A DNA stretch of 40,256 nucleotides. Source: Chiloscyllium plagiosum. Taxonomy: Eukaryota. The stretch is from positions 18,758,286 to 18,798,541 of the forward strand of contig NC_057720.1 in the NCBI RefSeq assembly GCF_004010195.1. The letters are read 5' to 3'. The position numbers were made by a program, and so were the translations under genes. Under the pieces are notes generated by a model. The model worked only from the letters and a program-made list of their open reading frames with translations, searched no databases and was not told where the DNA came from. The stretch's first letter is position 1, and each line of letters starts with the position of its first letter. This document shows, one piece after another, positions 10,380 through 21,712 of the stretch.

Positions 10380-10696
10380 GGGCGGCATGGTGGCACAGTG
10401 GTTAGCACTGCTGCCTCACAGCACCAGAGACCCGGGTTCAATTCCCGCCTCAGGCGACTGACTGTGTGGAGTTTGCACATTCTCCCCGTGTCTGCGTGGG
10501 TTTCCTCCGGGTGCTCCGGTTTCCTCCCACAGTCCAAAGATGTGCATGCCAGGTGAATTGGCCATGCTAAATTGCCCGTAGTGTTAGGTAAGGGGTAAAG
10601 GTAGGGGTATGGGTGGGTTGCGCTTCGGTGGGGCGGTGTGGACTTGTTGGGCCAAAGGGCCTGTTTCCACACTGTAAGTAATCTAATCTAATCTAA
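10380..10696 (+). mobile_element. HE1-type V-SINE, full length, CpG-retaining (young)
   Basis: Complete head, V-domain and (TAATC)n tail. Confidence 0.95.
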
Positions 10697-10715
10697 TTAT
10701 TTCAGAGTACACGGT

Positions 10716-10896
10716 ACTCTGGTTTCCTCCCACATTCTAAAGATGTGCAGGTTAGGTGAATTGGCCGTGCTAAATTGCCTGTAGTGTTGGCTGAAGGGGT
10801 AAATATAGGGGAATGGGTCTGGGTGGGTTGTTCTTCGGAGGGTCGGTGTGGATTTGTTGGGCTGAAAGGCCTGTTTCCACACTAAGTAATCTAATC
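10716..10896 (+). mobile_element. 5'-truncated HE1 SINE in tandem with the previous copy
   Basis: Starts CTCTGGTTTCCTCCCAC and ends AGTAATCTAATC. Confidence 0.9.
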
Positions 10897-11259
10897 ATAT
10901 ACACTCTGTAAGAACATTTCCACAGGAAAGGCCCATCATCCTTGTTAACTAAAAAGGTTAACGACAGGATGAAATGTAAATGAAAAGCTTATAATTGTGC
11001 AGAGAGGGTGGTAAGTCAAAGAATGGAACATCATATAAAAGTCAGCAATGAAATACTAAAAGGTTAATAAGGATGGAAAATTAAAGATGGGGAGAAAGCT
11101 GGCTAGCAATATAAAAATAGATAGTAAGATGTTCTATAGATATTTTTAAAAGTTGACACACTATAATTTGGTCCCATAAAGTTATGAACACGCACCCGAA
11201 CACGCACAGGTGTGTGTTCATATATTATTGTTTTACTTCCATAATATATGTATGCAAGT

Positions 11260-12545
11260 GAGAAACAAGAGTAGGCCATTCGGCCCTTCGAACCTACTCT
11301 ACCATGCAGTAGATCATGGTTGGTCTGATTTTAATCTTAACTTTACAATCTTGCATATCCCCAATAATTTTGCATACCTGGACAATAAAGAATCTGTCTT
11401 CCCCTGCCTTAAAAAATTTTAAAAGAATCTGCATCTACTGCTTTTTGAGGAACAGAATCCCAAAGACTCACAACCTTCTGAGAGGAAAAGAAGGTTTCCT
11501 CATTTCTGTTCTAAATGGGCATTCCCTTATTGTTAAATTATTACCTCTACTTCTAGATTCTCCCACAAGAGGAAACATCTACCTGATCAAGTCTTCTCAG
11601 GTTCATATATATTTCAATTAAATTACCTCATTCTTTTCTAAACTCCAGATGATACAGACCCAGCCTGTCTAGCCTTTACTCATAAGGCAATGCACACATT
11701 CCAGGTATTAATCTAGTAAGCCTTCTCTGAACTGTTTCCAATACATTATTATCAATCTATATGTACAGTGACTGTTACTGTACACAGCTCCTGATGTGGT
11801 CTTAACAATGTCCTGTCTAACTGAAGCATAACCTCCCTATTCTTGCATTCCATTCCACTCACAATAAACCACAGCATTCTATTAGCTTTCCTGATTACTT
11901 GCTGTACCTGGGTATTAATCTTCCTTGATTTATGTACTAGGACCCCCAGATCTCTCAGTATCTCAAAGCTTTACAACTTCTCACAATTTAAACAATACAT
12001 TATTTTTAAATGCTTTTTGCCAAAATGGACAATTTCACACTTCACCATTCTACACCATTTTCGAGGTCTTTGCCACTCACTTAACCTATCTATATTTCTT
12101 TGAAGACTCCTTAGATCCTCTTCACACCTCACTTTCCTGCCTATCTTTGTGTCATCAAAGCTACCATGTCTTCAATCCTTTCATCCAAATCAGTTGAATA
12201 AATGGTGAAAGGTTGAGACTCCAGCATTGACTCCTGTGACGAACCACTTGTGACAACATGCCAGCTTGAAAAGGACCCACTTATTCCCACTCTCTGCTTC
12301 CTGTTAGCCATTAAATCTTCGATCCATGCAAATTTGTTGCCCCCTACACCATGAGCTTTTATTTTCCAAAATAAATTTTGATGTGGCATCTCATCAAATG
12401 CCTTCTGGAAAATGAAATACAATACTGGTGCTCCTACAGCACAAGCTCCTTCTTCAAAGGACTCCAATAAATTAGTTAAACATGGTCTGCTGGTGACAAA
12501 ACCATGTTGTCTCCGCCTGATCACCTGAACTGATCCAAATGTCAC
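11260..12545 (-). mobile_element. Old CR1 LINE ORF2 3' half
   Basis: QHGFVTSRPCLTNLLESFEE..FQKAFDEMPHQNL..KIKAHGVGG..WIEDLMANRKQRVGISGSFSSW. 3' tail GGCCATTCGGCCC at ~11275. Confidence 0.85.
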
Positions 12546-12566
12546 ATAATGCTGTAGTGTTTTTCA

Positions 12567-12880
12567 TTAGATTGCTTACTTACAGTGTGGAAACAGGCCC
12601 TTCGGCCCAACAAGTCCACACCGACCCGCCGAAGTGCAACCCACCAAGACCCATTCCCCTACATTTACCCCTTCACCTAATACTATGGGCAATTTAGGAT
12701 GGTCAATTCACCTAACCTGCACATTTTTTTTTGGATTGTGGGAGGAACCCGGAGGAAACCGACGCAGACACTGGGAGAATGTGCAAACTCCACACAGAGT
12801 GTTACCTGAGGCGGAAATTGAACCCAGGTCTCTGGCGCTGTGAGGCAGCAGTGCTAACCACTGTGCCACTGTGCTGCCCA
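12567..12880 (-). mobile_element. HE1-type V-SINE
   Basis: Reverse-complement match to 10380-10696. Confidence 0.92.
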
Positions 12881-12914
12881 CTTTTCAAAGCTTTTTGTGT
12901 CCGCTTGAGCGTAG

Positions 12915-13590
12915 ATGGGTAAGCTGTGACTTCACTGAAGCATACAGGATCCTGATGCATCTTGACAAAGTGCATCTGAAAAAGATGCTTCCTCTTGTAG
13001 AGAAGTTTTAAAATAGTGGGTCACTGTTTGGAAATTGAAGGGTCGCCCATTTAAGTCAGAGAAAGGGAGAGTCTTTTTCTCACAGAGGCCATGTGTCTTT
13101 GGAACTCTTCATTAAAATGCAATGAAAGAAAAGTCGTTGAATATCTTAAAGCAGTGGCAAATAGATCTTCCTTTCCATCTATCCACTCCACCCTCCTCTC
13201 TGACCTATCACCTACATCCCCATCCCCATTCACCTATTGTACTCTATGCTGCTTTCTTCCCACCCCCACCCCTCTCTCATTTATCTCTCCACTTTGCAGG
13301 CACCCTGCCTCTATTCCTGATGAAGGGCTTTTGCCCGAAACGTCAATTTTCCTGCTCCTCAGATGCTGCCTGATCTGCTGTGCTTTTCCAGCACCACTCT
13401 AATCTAGACTCTGGTTTCCAGCATCTGCAGTCCTTGTTTTTACCTAGATAGATGCTTGTTAAACAAGGTTAGAAAGAAAAAATATTGGGTATAGGAGGGA
13501 ATGTATGGAGTAACCATATCAGCCATGATCTTACTGAATGGTGGCACAGACTTGAGGGGCGAGTGGACTAAACCTGCATCTAATTTGTTG
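12915..13590 (+). mobile_element. CR1 LINE 3' end interrupted by a PLE fragment
   Basis: GGGTCACTGTTTG..GGGTCGCCCATTTAAG..TTCTCACAGAGG, then the 3' UTR ATCAGCCATGATCTTACTGAATGG after 13450. Confidence 0.7.
13147..13447 (+). mobile_element. PLE 3' UTR/pLTR fragment with intact hammerhead core at 13317-13344
   Basis: Reverse-complement match to 16731-16975. CUGAUGA-A-GGGC-UUUU-GCCC-GAAACGUC. ATAGAT on both flanks. Confidence 0.85.
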
Positions 13591-14269
13591 GTTTAGATGT
13601 TTGCTGGTTAAAATAAAGAAGGCTGTTGTTAAATACTTACCCGAATTTAATTCACCATGTTGGTGACTTGTCTCACAGACGCTTGGGCACACGCGGAATA
13701 GATACACATGAAGATGACACACTGTTACAGCTTATCATTATTTCAGTCTCTTTCATGGCAGGTTTCTTTGATGATGTCAATGCTTTAAAGTTGAAATTAG
13801 AGTCTTGCAAAGCTAAGCATCCTCAACAGGCTGACAGGTGTTGGCAGGGAAATTTCTAGAAGGTTTGTCCCAGGTGAATTCAATGTTGGACTGCGTTGAG
13901 ACATTCTTCTCTCTCATAATATCTTCCCCATTTTAAGGTATACCTGTTTATTATATTAGCCGCTTGGCTGGCTTGCAGCTGGTTTGATGGAAATATGAAC
14001 CAACATTTTGTTCGATTTTAAAAGCAATTACAAAATGGCTCATCTTGTAACTTCCACAAGACCTTTTTACCAAAGGAACGGGTGGTTTTAAGTATTTTAA
14101 ATCAAGCTGGTCAGGCATATTCTAGCACAGGTGGGACTGGAACTTTTGCATTCTGTTCCAGCAGCAGGGAAACTACCATGGTGCCACAAGGACGCCTAAA
14201 ATGGTGGCTATATTACTCCCTCTGATCATCCTGTGCAGTAGTTTGACACTTTAAGGTGAAACTAGTTTT

Positions 14270-14605
14270 TGGTCTCATCTACATTGAGGAGACAGGATGC
14301 CAATTTGTGGAACATTTCAGAGAGCATTTCCAGGCCACACGCACCAAACAACCCCACCGCCCTGTGGCCGACCACTTCAATTCCCCCTTCCACTCCGCCA
14401 AGGACATGCAAGTCCTTGGTCTCCTCCACCACCAAATCCTCGCCACCCGACGCCCAGAGAAAGAATGCCTCATCTTTCGCCTTGGGACCCTCCAACCACA
14501 CGGCATCAATTTCACCAGTTTCCTCATCTCCCCAAACATCGATTCTCCTGCTCCTTGGTTGTTGCCTGACCTGCTGTGCTTTTCCAGTGCCACACATTTC
14601 GACCT
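14270..14605 (+). mobile_element. Penelope-like element GIY-YIG endonuclease fragment fused to a pLTR tail
   Basis: GLIYIEETGCQFVEHFREH..PVADHFNSPFHSAKDMQVLGL..LIFRLGTLQPHGIN. Confidence 0.9.
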
Positions 14606-14734
14606 TAAGGTTCACCCAAACTAGTTTGACTTAGTGAAATAATCATACCTTGTGAAGAGGACCCAAGCCATCTTCCCACCATTTGAGTTTGATATTGAGA
14701 TGGGGCTAATCAAAACTATCCTGGAAAAAAAAGA

Positions 14735-14840
14735 AAAACAGAAGTTGCTGGAAAATCTGAACAGGTGCTGTCAGACCCGCTGAAGTTTTCCAGCAACTTC
14801 TGTTTTTGTTTCTGATTTACAGCATCTGCAGTTCTTTTGG
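14735..14840. mobile_element. Short palindromic PLE-related end (second family)
   Basis: AAACAGAAGTTGCTGGAAAA / TTTTCCAGCAACTTCTGTTT arms followed by CAGCATCTGCAGTTC. Confidence 0.65.
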
Positions 14841-15179
14841 ATTTTATGAAGTCTGCAAAAAAAAAGGTTGGCCTGATCAAATGACTTCTCAATGTATATT
14901 GTGTAATCTCAGCAAGGAGACAATGTCATCTATTTTGAGCTTGAACAGTGCCCAGTCTACGCTGGGAGAGGCAATAACAGGTGAAACTAGTTTTTTTCAG
15001 TAAACCCATAAACCTGTGTTTTTTCCTAATAGGGCATAGCCATCAAGCTAAAGAGACATTTGCTTACCATAACAATATGTCATGTGATATGAATTTCGGT
15101 GCCAGTGTGACGTCATATATGTAGGCCATATATGTAGGCCATGAGTGTCAGGAGGTAATTATTTGCTACAGGAGCTTTA

Positions 15180-15632
15180 GCCACTGACCTGCTCTTGCAG
15201 CCATTGTTTTATTATATAAATACTATGAACTGCGGATGCTGGAGATATGAAACAAAAGCAAAAAATTGCTGTGAAAGCTCAGCAGGTCTGGCAGCATCTG
15301 TGGAGAGGAAGGACAGTTAATGTTTCAAGTCTGGTGAAGTTCTGAAGAAAGGTCACTGAGCTCGAAATGTGAAATCTGTTTTCAATGCACAGATGCTGCC
15401 AGATCTGCTGATTTTTCTCCAGCAATTTCTGCTTTTATTCATATGAGTAGACCAGTTCAATTTCTGGTCAATGTTAGCCTCCGTAAAGTTGATAGTGAGG
15501 GATTCAGAGATGGTAATACCATTGAGAGTCATGGAGTGATGGTTCAATTCTCTTTTGTTAGAAATGATCATTTTCTGCACTTGTGTGGCAGGAATGCTAC
15601 TTGTCACTTGTCAGCCTGAACCTGGATGTTGT
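15180..15632 (-). mobile_element. Old CR1/L2-group LINE (family distinct from the HER1 type), part 1
   Basis: ISNKRELNHHSMTLNGITISESLTIN..IDQKLNW. Same family as 25030-26175 and 30495-31010. Confidence 0.7.
15227..15440. mobile_element. Palindromic PLE-related insertion with degenerate hammerhead (15342-15370)
   Basis: Arms CAGCAGGTCTGGCAGCATCTGTG / CACAGATGCTGCCAGATCTGCTG. Centre CTGAAGA-AAGGTCACTGAGCTC-GAAATGT. Confidence 0.7.
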
Positions 15633-15673
15633 ATTTCATAGAATTTCATAGAATCCCTACAATGCGGAAACAG

Positions 15674-15868
15674 AGTTGAGAGTGTGGTGCTGGAAAAGCA
15701 CAGCAGGTGAAGCAGCATCCGAGGAGCAGGAGAATCAGGAATGATAAAGGGCTTATGCCCGAAACGTTGATTCTCCTGCTCCTCGGATGCTGCCTGACCG
15801 GCTGTGCTTTTCCAGCATCACACTCTTGACTCTGATCTCCAGCATCTGCAATCCTCACTTTCACCTCC
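15674..15868. mobile_element. Short palindromic PLE-derived insertion with ~15-bp TSD
   Basis: Inverted arms around a damaged hammerhead (15741-15770). ACAATGCGGAAACAG at 15659-15673 vs ACAATGTGGAAATAG at 15869-15883. Confidence 0.8.
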
Positions 15869-15928
15869 ACAATGTGGAAATAGGCCACTTGGCCCAACAA
15901 GTCCACACTGAACCTCCGAACAGTAACC

Positions 15929-16650
15929 TAGAATTAGAAATAGAATTTATTGTCATATATATTTTAACAATAAAAATACAATGAAAAGTCTGCTAAGTCA
16001 CCCTATCATGGCGCCTATAATGACAGAAGTCATGATAAAAACACAAGTTGCAAAATTAAGTAAAATTAAGTTAATATAAGATAAAGTTCACCAAAGTCCA
16101 TTTAAAGGCTCCTGGTCTTGAAGACAGTAGATCCACAATGAGAACAACATGACGGGACAAAAACTGAAGCACTGGGACGCCATTTCACTGAGTCGAAAGC
16201 CTCTGAAGAAATACCACCGCCAAGAACACCAGTCAAAAACAAAACGTTGGACCATCGGATCGCTAGGCTGCCACCCATGGACAAAACAAAATGGTGAGAC
16301 ATCAGAAAACCAAGCCAGAAGCACTGAACGAAGATCTAGATTCAAGCTGGATGGCCACCAAGATCACAAACTGGGGCAACCACTCCAACAGAGACTGCAC
16401 CGCAGTCTGAGACCAACACTTCAAGAAAGACCGCCAGAAGCAACAGCCACTCAGGAGACGCTCCTGGCTGAAACCTTCAAAATGAAGGTGAGTGAATTTG
16501 ATCATATCTATAGTATGTATGCTAACTGAAAGACCTTAAAAACAGAAAACAGGAAAATAAAATAGTAAAGGCAAACTGAATAGATAAGCAACAGGCTCCT
16601 GGGCTGAGGAGCCCCCTCTATATGCTGCTACTCCATTGCTGCCATTTTAG
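15929..16650 (-). mobile_element. Non-coding retroelement with a Rex1-like 3' tail
   Basis: Tail GAATTTATTGTCA..ACAATGAAAAG resembles 2226-2262. 5' end AAAATGGCAGCAATGGAGTAG. No recognisable ORF. Confidence 0.55.
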
Positions 16651-16730
16651 GTCTCCGTACCCAGACTCATTCCCTTACCCGATTACTCTACATTTGCCCT
16701 GACTAATGCATCTAACCTCCACATCTATGA

Positions 16731-17512
16731 TTCTGGATTAGTGGTGCTGGAAAAGCACAGCAGTTCAGACAGCATCCGAGGAGCAGTAAAATCAACGTTT
16801 CGGGCAAACGCCCTTCATCAGGAATACAGGCAGAGTGCCTGAAGAGTGGAGAGATAAATGAGTGGAGTATCGGGGTGGGGAGAAAGTAGCATAGAGTACA
16901 CTAGGTGAGTGGGGGAGGGGATGAAGGTGATAGGTCAGGGAGGAGAGGGTGGAGTGGATAGGTGGAAAAGAAGATAAGCAGATAGGACAAGTCATGGGGA
17001 CAGTGCTGAGCTGGAAGTTTGGAACTAGGGTGAGGTGGGGGAAGGGGAAATGAGGAAGCCGTTGAAGTCCACATCGATGCCCTGGGGTTGAAGTGTTCCG
17101 AGGTGGAAGATGAGGCGTTCTTCCTCCAGGCGTTTGGTGGTGAGGGAGCGGCAGTGAAGGAGGCCCAGGACCTCCATGTCCTCAGCAGATTGTGGGGGGG
17201 GAGTTGAAATGTTGGGCCACAGGGTGGTGTGGTTGATTGGTGCGGGTGTCCCAGAGATGTTCCCTAAAGCGCTCTGCTAGGAGGGGTCCAGTCTCCCCGA
17301 TGTAGAGGAGACCGCATCGGAAGCAACGGATACAAAAAATGATATTGGTGGATGTGCAGGTAAAACTTTGATGGATGTGGAAGGCTCCTTTAGGGCCTTG
17401 GATGGAGGTGAGGGAGGAGGTGTAGGCGCAGATTTTGCAATTCCTGCGGGGAACTGGGGAAGGTGTCAGGATGGGAGGGTGGGTTGTGGGGGGGGCGTGG
17501 ACCTTACCAGGT
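16731..17512 (-). mobile_element. Penelope-like element: GIY-YIG domain, 3' UTR and hammerhead (16794-16821)
   Basis: Minus strand reads ..FTCTSTNIIFCIRCFRCGLLYIGETG..RFREHL..RLEEERLIFHLGTLQPQGIDVDF. Core CUGAUGA-A-GGGC-GUUU-GCCC-GAAACGUU. Confidence 0.92.
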
Positions 17513-17702
17513 AAATGGCCAAATCAGCTAACCTGCACATCTTTGGACTGTGAGAGGAAACCGGAGCACCTGGAATAAACCCAGGCAGACACGGGGAAAA
17601 TGTGCTAACTCCACACAAACAATGGTCCGAGACTGGATTCGAACCTGGGTCCCTGGCGCTGTGAGGCCGCAGTGCTAACCACCAAACCACTGTGCTGCCC
17701 CC

Positions 17703-18130
17703 TACTAAGTGGGTCTTGCTGTATTTGTACAAGGACTGTTTCAGCATCTGAGGGGTCACGAATGATGTTGGACATTGTGCAATCATTGGTGAATATCCTC
17801 ACTTCTGATCTTATGATGGAAGCAGCTAAAGATGGTTGTGCGTGGGACAACCTGGAGGATCTCTTGCAGAGATGTCCTGGATCTGAGATGACTGACCTCC
17901 AACAACCACAACCATCTTCCTGAGACAGGTATGACTCCAGCCAGTGGAGAATTTTCTTCCGAATCTAATTTTGCTCAGGCTCCTTGATGCCACACTCAGT
18001 CAAGTGCTGCCTTGATATCAAGGGCAGTCACTCTCACCTCACCTCAGGAATTCAGCATTTTTGACCATGTTTGGACCCAATGCTCTGCTGAGCTGATTAG
18101 CCCTGATGGAACCTCAAACTGGGCATCAAT
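17703..18130 (-). mobile_element. Old CR1/L2-group LINE, part 2 (continues 15632)
   Basis: SIIRSEVRIFTNDCTM (degenerate FADD motif), VVGGQSSQIQDISA and LDIKAALD. Confidence 0.75.
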
Positions 18131-18276
18131 GAAGATTGACTCTGAACAGCCCTTGTAGCATCTCAACATTAATGATTACATCACCAATCAGAACATTCTT
18201 CTCATGCTGGATAAATTGGTGTCCCTTTTCTCAAGGAGGAGAACCTGAGGGCTGCAGACGCTGGAGCCACTGAGTC

Positions 18277-19140
18277 TTGGGACCCTCCAACCACATGGCA
18301 TCCATGTGGATTTCACCAGTTTCCTCATTTCCCCTCCCTCCACCTAATCCCAGATCCAACCTCCCAACCTCCTCTCCAAACTATCACTATTACCCCCACC
18401 TCCGTATAGAACATAGAACAATACAGCGCAGAACGGGCCCTCTGGCCCTCAATGTTGCACCGACCTGTGTGCTAATCTAAGCCCATCCCCCTACACTACC
18501 CCATCATCATCCATGTGCTTTCCAAGGATTGTTTAAATCTCCCTAATGTGGTTGAGTTAACTACATTGGCAGGCAGGTCTTTCCATGTCCTTCCACTCTG
18601 AGTAAAGAACCTGCCTCTGACATCTGTCTTAAATCTATCACCCCTCAATTTGTAGCTATGCCCCCTCGTACAAGTCGATGTCATCATCCTAAGGAAAAGA
18701 CTCTCACTGTCCATCCTATCTGATCATCTTGTAGGTCGCTATTGAATCTCCTCTTAGCCTTCCTCTTTCTAATGGAAACAGACCCAAGTCTCTCAGCCTT
18801 TCCTCATAAGACCTTCCCTCCAGACCAGGCAACATCCTGGTAAATCTCCTCTGCACCTTTTCCAAAGCTTCCACATCCTTCCTGCAATAGGGCGACCAGA
18901 ACTGTACACAATAATCCAAGTGAGGCCGTAGTAGCGTCTTGTATAGTTGCAGCATGACATCATGAATATACCTCTCGTACTCTCAGCTACCTTCCCCCCA
19001 GACCCCCCCCCCACCATTTATCTCTCTACCCTCTCGGCTCACAAACCCCATTCCTTATGAAGGGCTCTTGCCTGAAATGCTGCTTCTACTGCTCCTCGGA
19101 TGCTGCCTGACCTACTGTGCTTTTCCAGCACGCCACTCCC
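18277..19140 (+). mobile_element. PLE 3' fragment split by a CR1 insertion (18277-18400 and 18970-19140)
   Basis: GTLQPHGIHVDF end on the left. 3' UTR and decayed hammerhead (CCTTATGAAGGGCTCTTGCCTGAAA) on the right. Confidence 0.75.
18406..18962 (-). mobile_element. CR1 (HER1-like) LINE 3' end
   Basis: MLQLYKTLLRPHLDYCVQFWSPY..RRFTRMLPGL..TRGHSYKL. (TTCTATG)n tail. Confidence 0.92.
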
Positions 19141-19370
19141 GTCCTTTTTCTCAAGTCTATTTCTTGCATCCTTGTCCTGATGAGTGAAAGACAGAGAAGG
19201 TTTCACCTTGTCTTTTTTTTTAAGCAATGCTTGATCAAAGCACCGGGGTTAATTCACTCAGCTGCTTACCTTCCATTCTCTTTCTCTACCATCACCTGGG
19301 TGTCAGCTGAAGCAACTTATTAAATCAAATGGGTACTTCTTTGTTACATGAACATAACCTGCTCTGTTAA

Positions 19371-19622
19371 TAGAATCATCACAGAGTGGAAGATGACCGT
19401 TCAGCACATACCAATCCTCCAAAGAACTTCCCACCCAGACCCACACCCACTATCCCATCCCTGTACCTCTGTATTTCCTTTGGCCAATCCACCGAACCAG
19501 CACTGCTTAGGACTGTGGGAGGAAATCAGAGCACCCGAGCTAAACTCCCACAGATAAAGGGAGAATATGCAAACTCCACAGATAGTTGCCTGAGGCTGGA
19601 ATTGAACCCAGGTCCTGGTGCT
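19371..19622 (-). mobile_element. HE1 SINE interrupted by CR1; head resumes at 20831-20860
   Basis: Breaks after GAACCCAGGTCCTGGTGCT and resumes GCAGCAGTGCTAACCACTGAGC. Confidence 0.8.
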
Positions 19623-19972
19623 ATAGAACATAGAACATAGAAGAATACAGCGCAGTACAGGCCCTTTGGCCCTCGATGTTGCGCCGATCCAAGCCCACCT
19701 AACCTACACTAGCCCACTATCCTCCATATGCCTATCCAATGCCCGCTTAAATGCCCATAATGAGGGAGAGTCCACCACTGCTACTGGCAGGACATTCCAT
19801 GAACTCACGACTCACTGAGTAAAGAACCTACCCTAACATCTGTCCTATACCTACCACCCCTTAATTTAAAGCTATGCCCCCTCGTAATAGCTAACTCTAT
19901 ACGTGGAAAAAGGTTCTCATGGTCAACCCTATCTAAACCCCTAATCATCTTGTACACCTCGATCAAGTCACC

Positions 19973-20217
19973 NNNNNNNNNNNNNNNNNNNNNNNNNNNN
20001 NNNNNNNNNNNNNNNNNNNNNNNNNNNNNNNNNNNNNNNNNNNNNNNNNNNNNNNNNNNNNNNNNNNNNNNNNNNNNNNNNNNNNNNNNNNNNNNNNNNN
20101 NNNNNNNNNNNNNNNNNNNNNNNNNNNNNNNNNNNNNNNNNNNNNNNNNNNNNNNNNNNNNNNNNNNNNNNNNNNNNNNNNNNNNNNNNNNNNNNNNNNN
20201 NNNNNNNNNNNNNNNNN
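19973..20217. other. Assembly gap
   Basis: Run of N. Confidence 1.
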
Positions 20218-20502
20218 GGCCGCAGGGGGTCCCTGCACTGGTTGCTTCCTCCCAGTCCCCCTCACTGTCACCCATCTATCTGCCATCTTTGGAGTTACTA
20301 CTTCCCTTACGCTCCGATCTATGACCCCCTCTGCCTCCCGAATGATCCTAAGTTCATCCAACTCCAGCTCCAGTTCCCTAACACTGTCTTGGAGGAGCTG
20401 GAGATGGGTGCACTTCCTGCAAGTGTAATCAGCAGGGACGTCCATGGCATCCCTCACCTCAAACATGTTGCAAGAGGAACATTGCACTGTCTTCACTGCC
20501 AT
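20218..20502 (-). CDS. CR1 ORF1 N-terminus (CxxC..CxxC zinc finger + coiled coil), partial and running into the gap
   Basis: MAVKTVQCSSCNMFEV..YTCRKCTHLQLLQDSVRELELELDELRIIREAE..WVTVR, open up to the gap. Confidence 0.8.
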
Positions 20503-20882
20503 CCCTCTGAAAGTAACCTTTTATAAAAAAAAACTGGGTCTAAAGAATACAACAAGCAAAATGCAGCACTTACCTACTTAGCACAACGGGTCTTATTATT
20601 TAGGTTAGAGGAGGAGGGCGGGTGGGAGACACTACCTCTGTAGTGCCTCGGGTTCTTCTCCTGCGTGCTTTTAAAGGGAAAAAAAACCTACCCGGCTGCC
20701 CCTCCGATCTTCGTCACTTCCCCCTGCTGGTCCCGCTCTTTCTGTAAAGAGAGAAAAAAACACCGCTGCCCGCTACCGGTAAGTAATTTTAAAACAAACT
20801 GTCTTACCTTAGCTGCTGCTCGCACTCAAAGTGCAGCAGTGCTAACCACTGAGCTGCCATCACTGCTGAGTCACTTACACTT

Positions 20883-21712
20883 ATAGAGTCACAGAAATAT
20901 GCAGCACAGAAACAGACCCTTTGGTCCAACTCGTCCATGCCAACCAGATATCCTAAATTAAACTAGGCGCATTTGCCAGCACTTGGCCCATATCCCTCCA
21001 AACCCTTCCTTTTCATACACCCATCCAGATGCCTTTTAAATGTTGTAATTGTACCTGCCTCCACCACTTCTTCTGGCAGCTCATTCCATACATTCACCAC
21101 CCTCTGCGCAAAAAACTTTCCCATTAGGTCCCTTTTAAATTTTTTCCCTCTCACCCTAAGCCTATACCCTCGAGTTCTGGACTCCCCCACCAAGGAAAGG
21201 ACCTTGTCTATTTATCCTATCCATGCCACTCATCATTTTATAAACTTCTATAAGGTCAACCCTCAGCCTCTGACACCCCAGGGAAAACAGTCCCTGCCTT
21301 TTCAGCCTCTCCCTATACCTCAAATCCTCCAACTCTGGCAACATTCTTGTAAATCTTTTCTGAGCCCTTTCAAGTTTGATAACGTCCTCCCGATAGGAGG
21401 GAGTCCAGAATTGCACACAATATTCCAAAAAGTGGCCTAACCATGGTCCTATACAGATGCAACATGACCTCCCAACTTCTATATTCAATACTCTGAACAA
21501 TAAAGGAAAGCATACCAAATGCCTTCTTCACTATCCTATCTACCTGCGACTACCTGCGACTCCACTTTCAAGGAGCTATGAACCTGCACTCCAAGATTTC
21601 TTTGTTCAGCAACATTCCCATAACCTTTTTCATTAAGTGTATAAGTCCTGCTCTGATTTGCATTTCAAAAAGGAAGTACCTCACATTTATCTAAATTAAA
21701 GTCCATCTGCCA
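20883..21712 (-). mobile_element. CR1 LINE 3' portion
   Basis: LEYCVQFWTPSYREDVIKLERAQKRFTRMLPEL and FFAQRVVNVWNELPEEVVEAGTITTFKRHLD. Confidence 0.92.

Larger units (their letters stand above)
15637..17702 (-). mobile_element. One HE1 SINE split into four pieces (15637-15673, 15869-15928, 16659-16730, 17513-17702)
   Basis: The pieces concatenate in correct tail-to-head order relative to 1155-1497. Confidence 0.75.
19623..20830 (-). mobile_element. CR1 LINE retaining 5' UTR, ORF1 start and ORF2 3' end around an N gap
   Basis: ORF2 end GDLIEVYKMIRGLDRVD..TRGHSFKL with (TTCTATG)n tail at 19623-19972. ORF1 start at 20502. Confidence 0.85.

Noticed and set aside
10380..10450. tRNA-like A/B boxes
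   Set aside because: This is a SINE head continuing into the V-domain, not a tRNA gene.
14251..14630. TTAAGGT..AAACTAGTTT on both sides of the GIY-YIG fragment
   Set aside because: Probably a rearranged TSD, but the spacing differs between sides, so it was not called.
16149..16529. 126-aa ORF
   Set aside because: Antisense within a non-coding retroelement, with no domain resemblance.
1634..21560. Small local duplications (1634-1681 TCAAGTCCAGGGGAG x2; 15113-15141 CATATATGTAGGC x2; 21541-21560 TACCTGCGAC x2; 11186-11207 GAACACGCAC x2)
   Set aside because: Ordinary slippage-type duplications with no shared motif.
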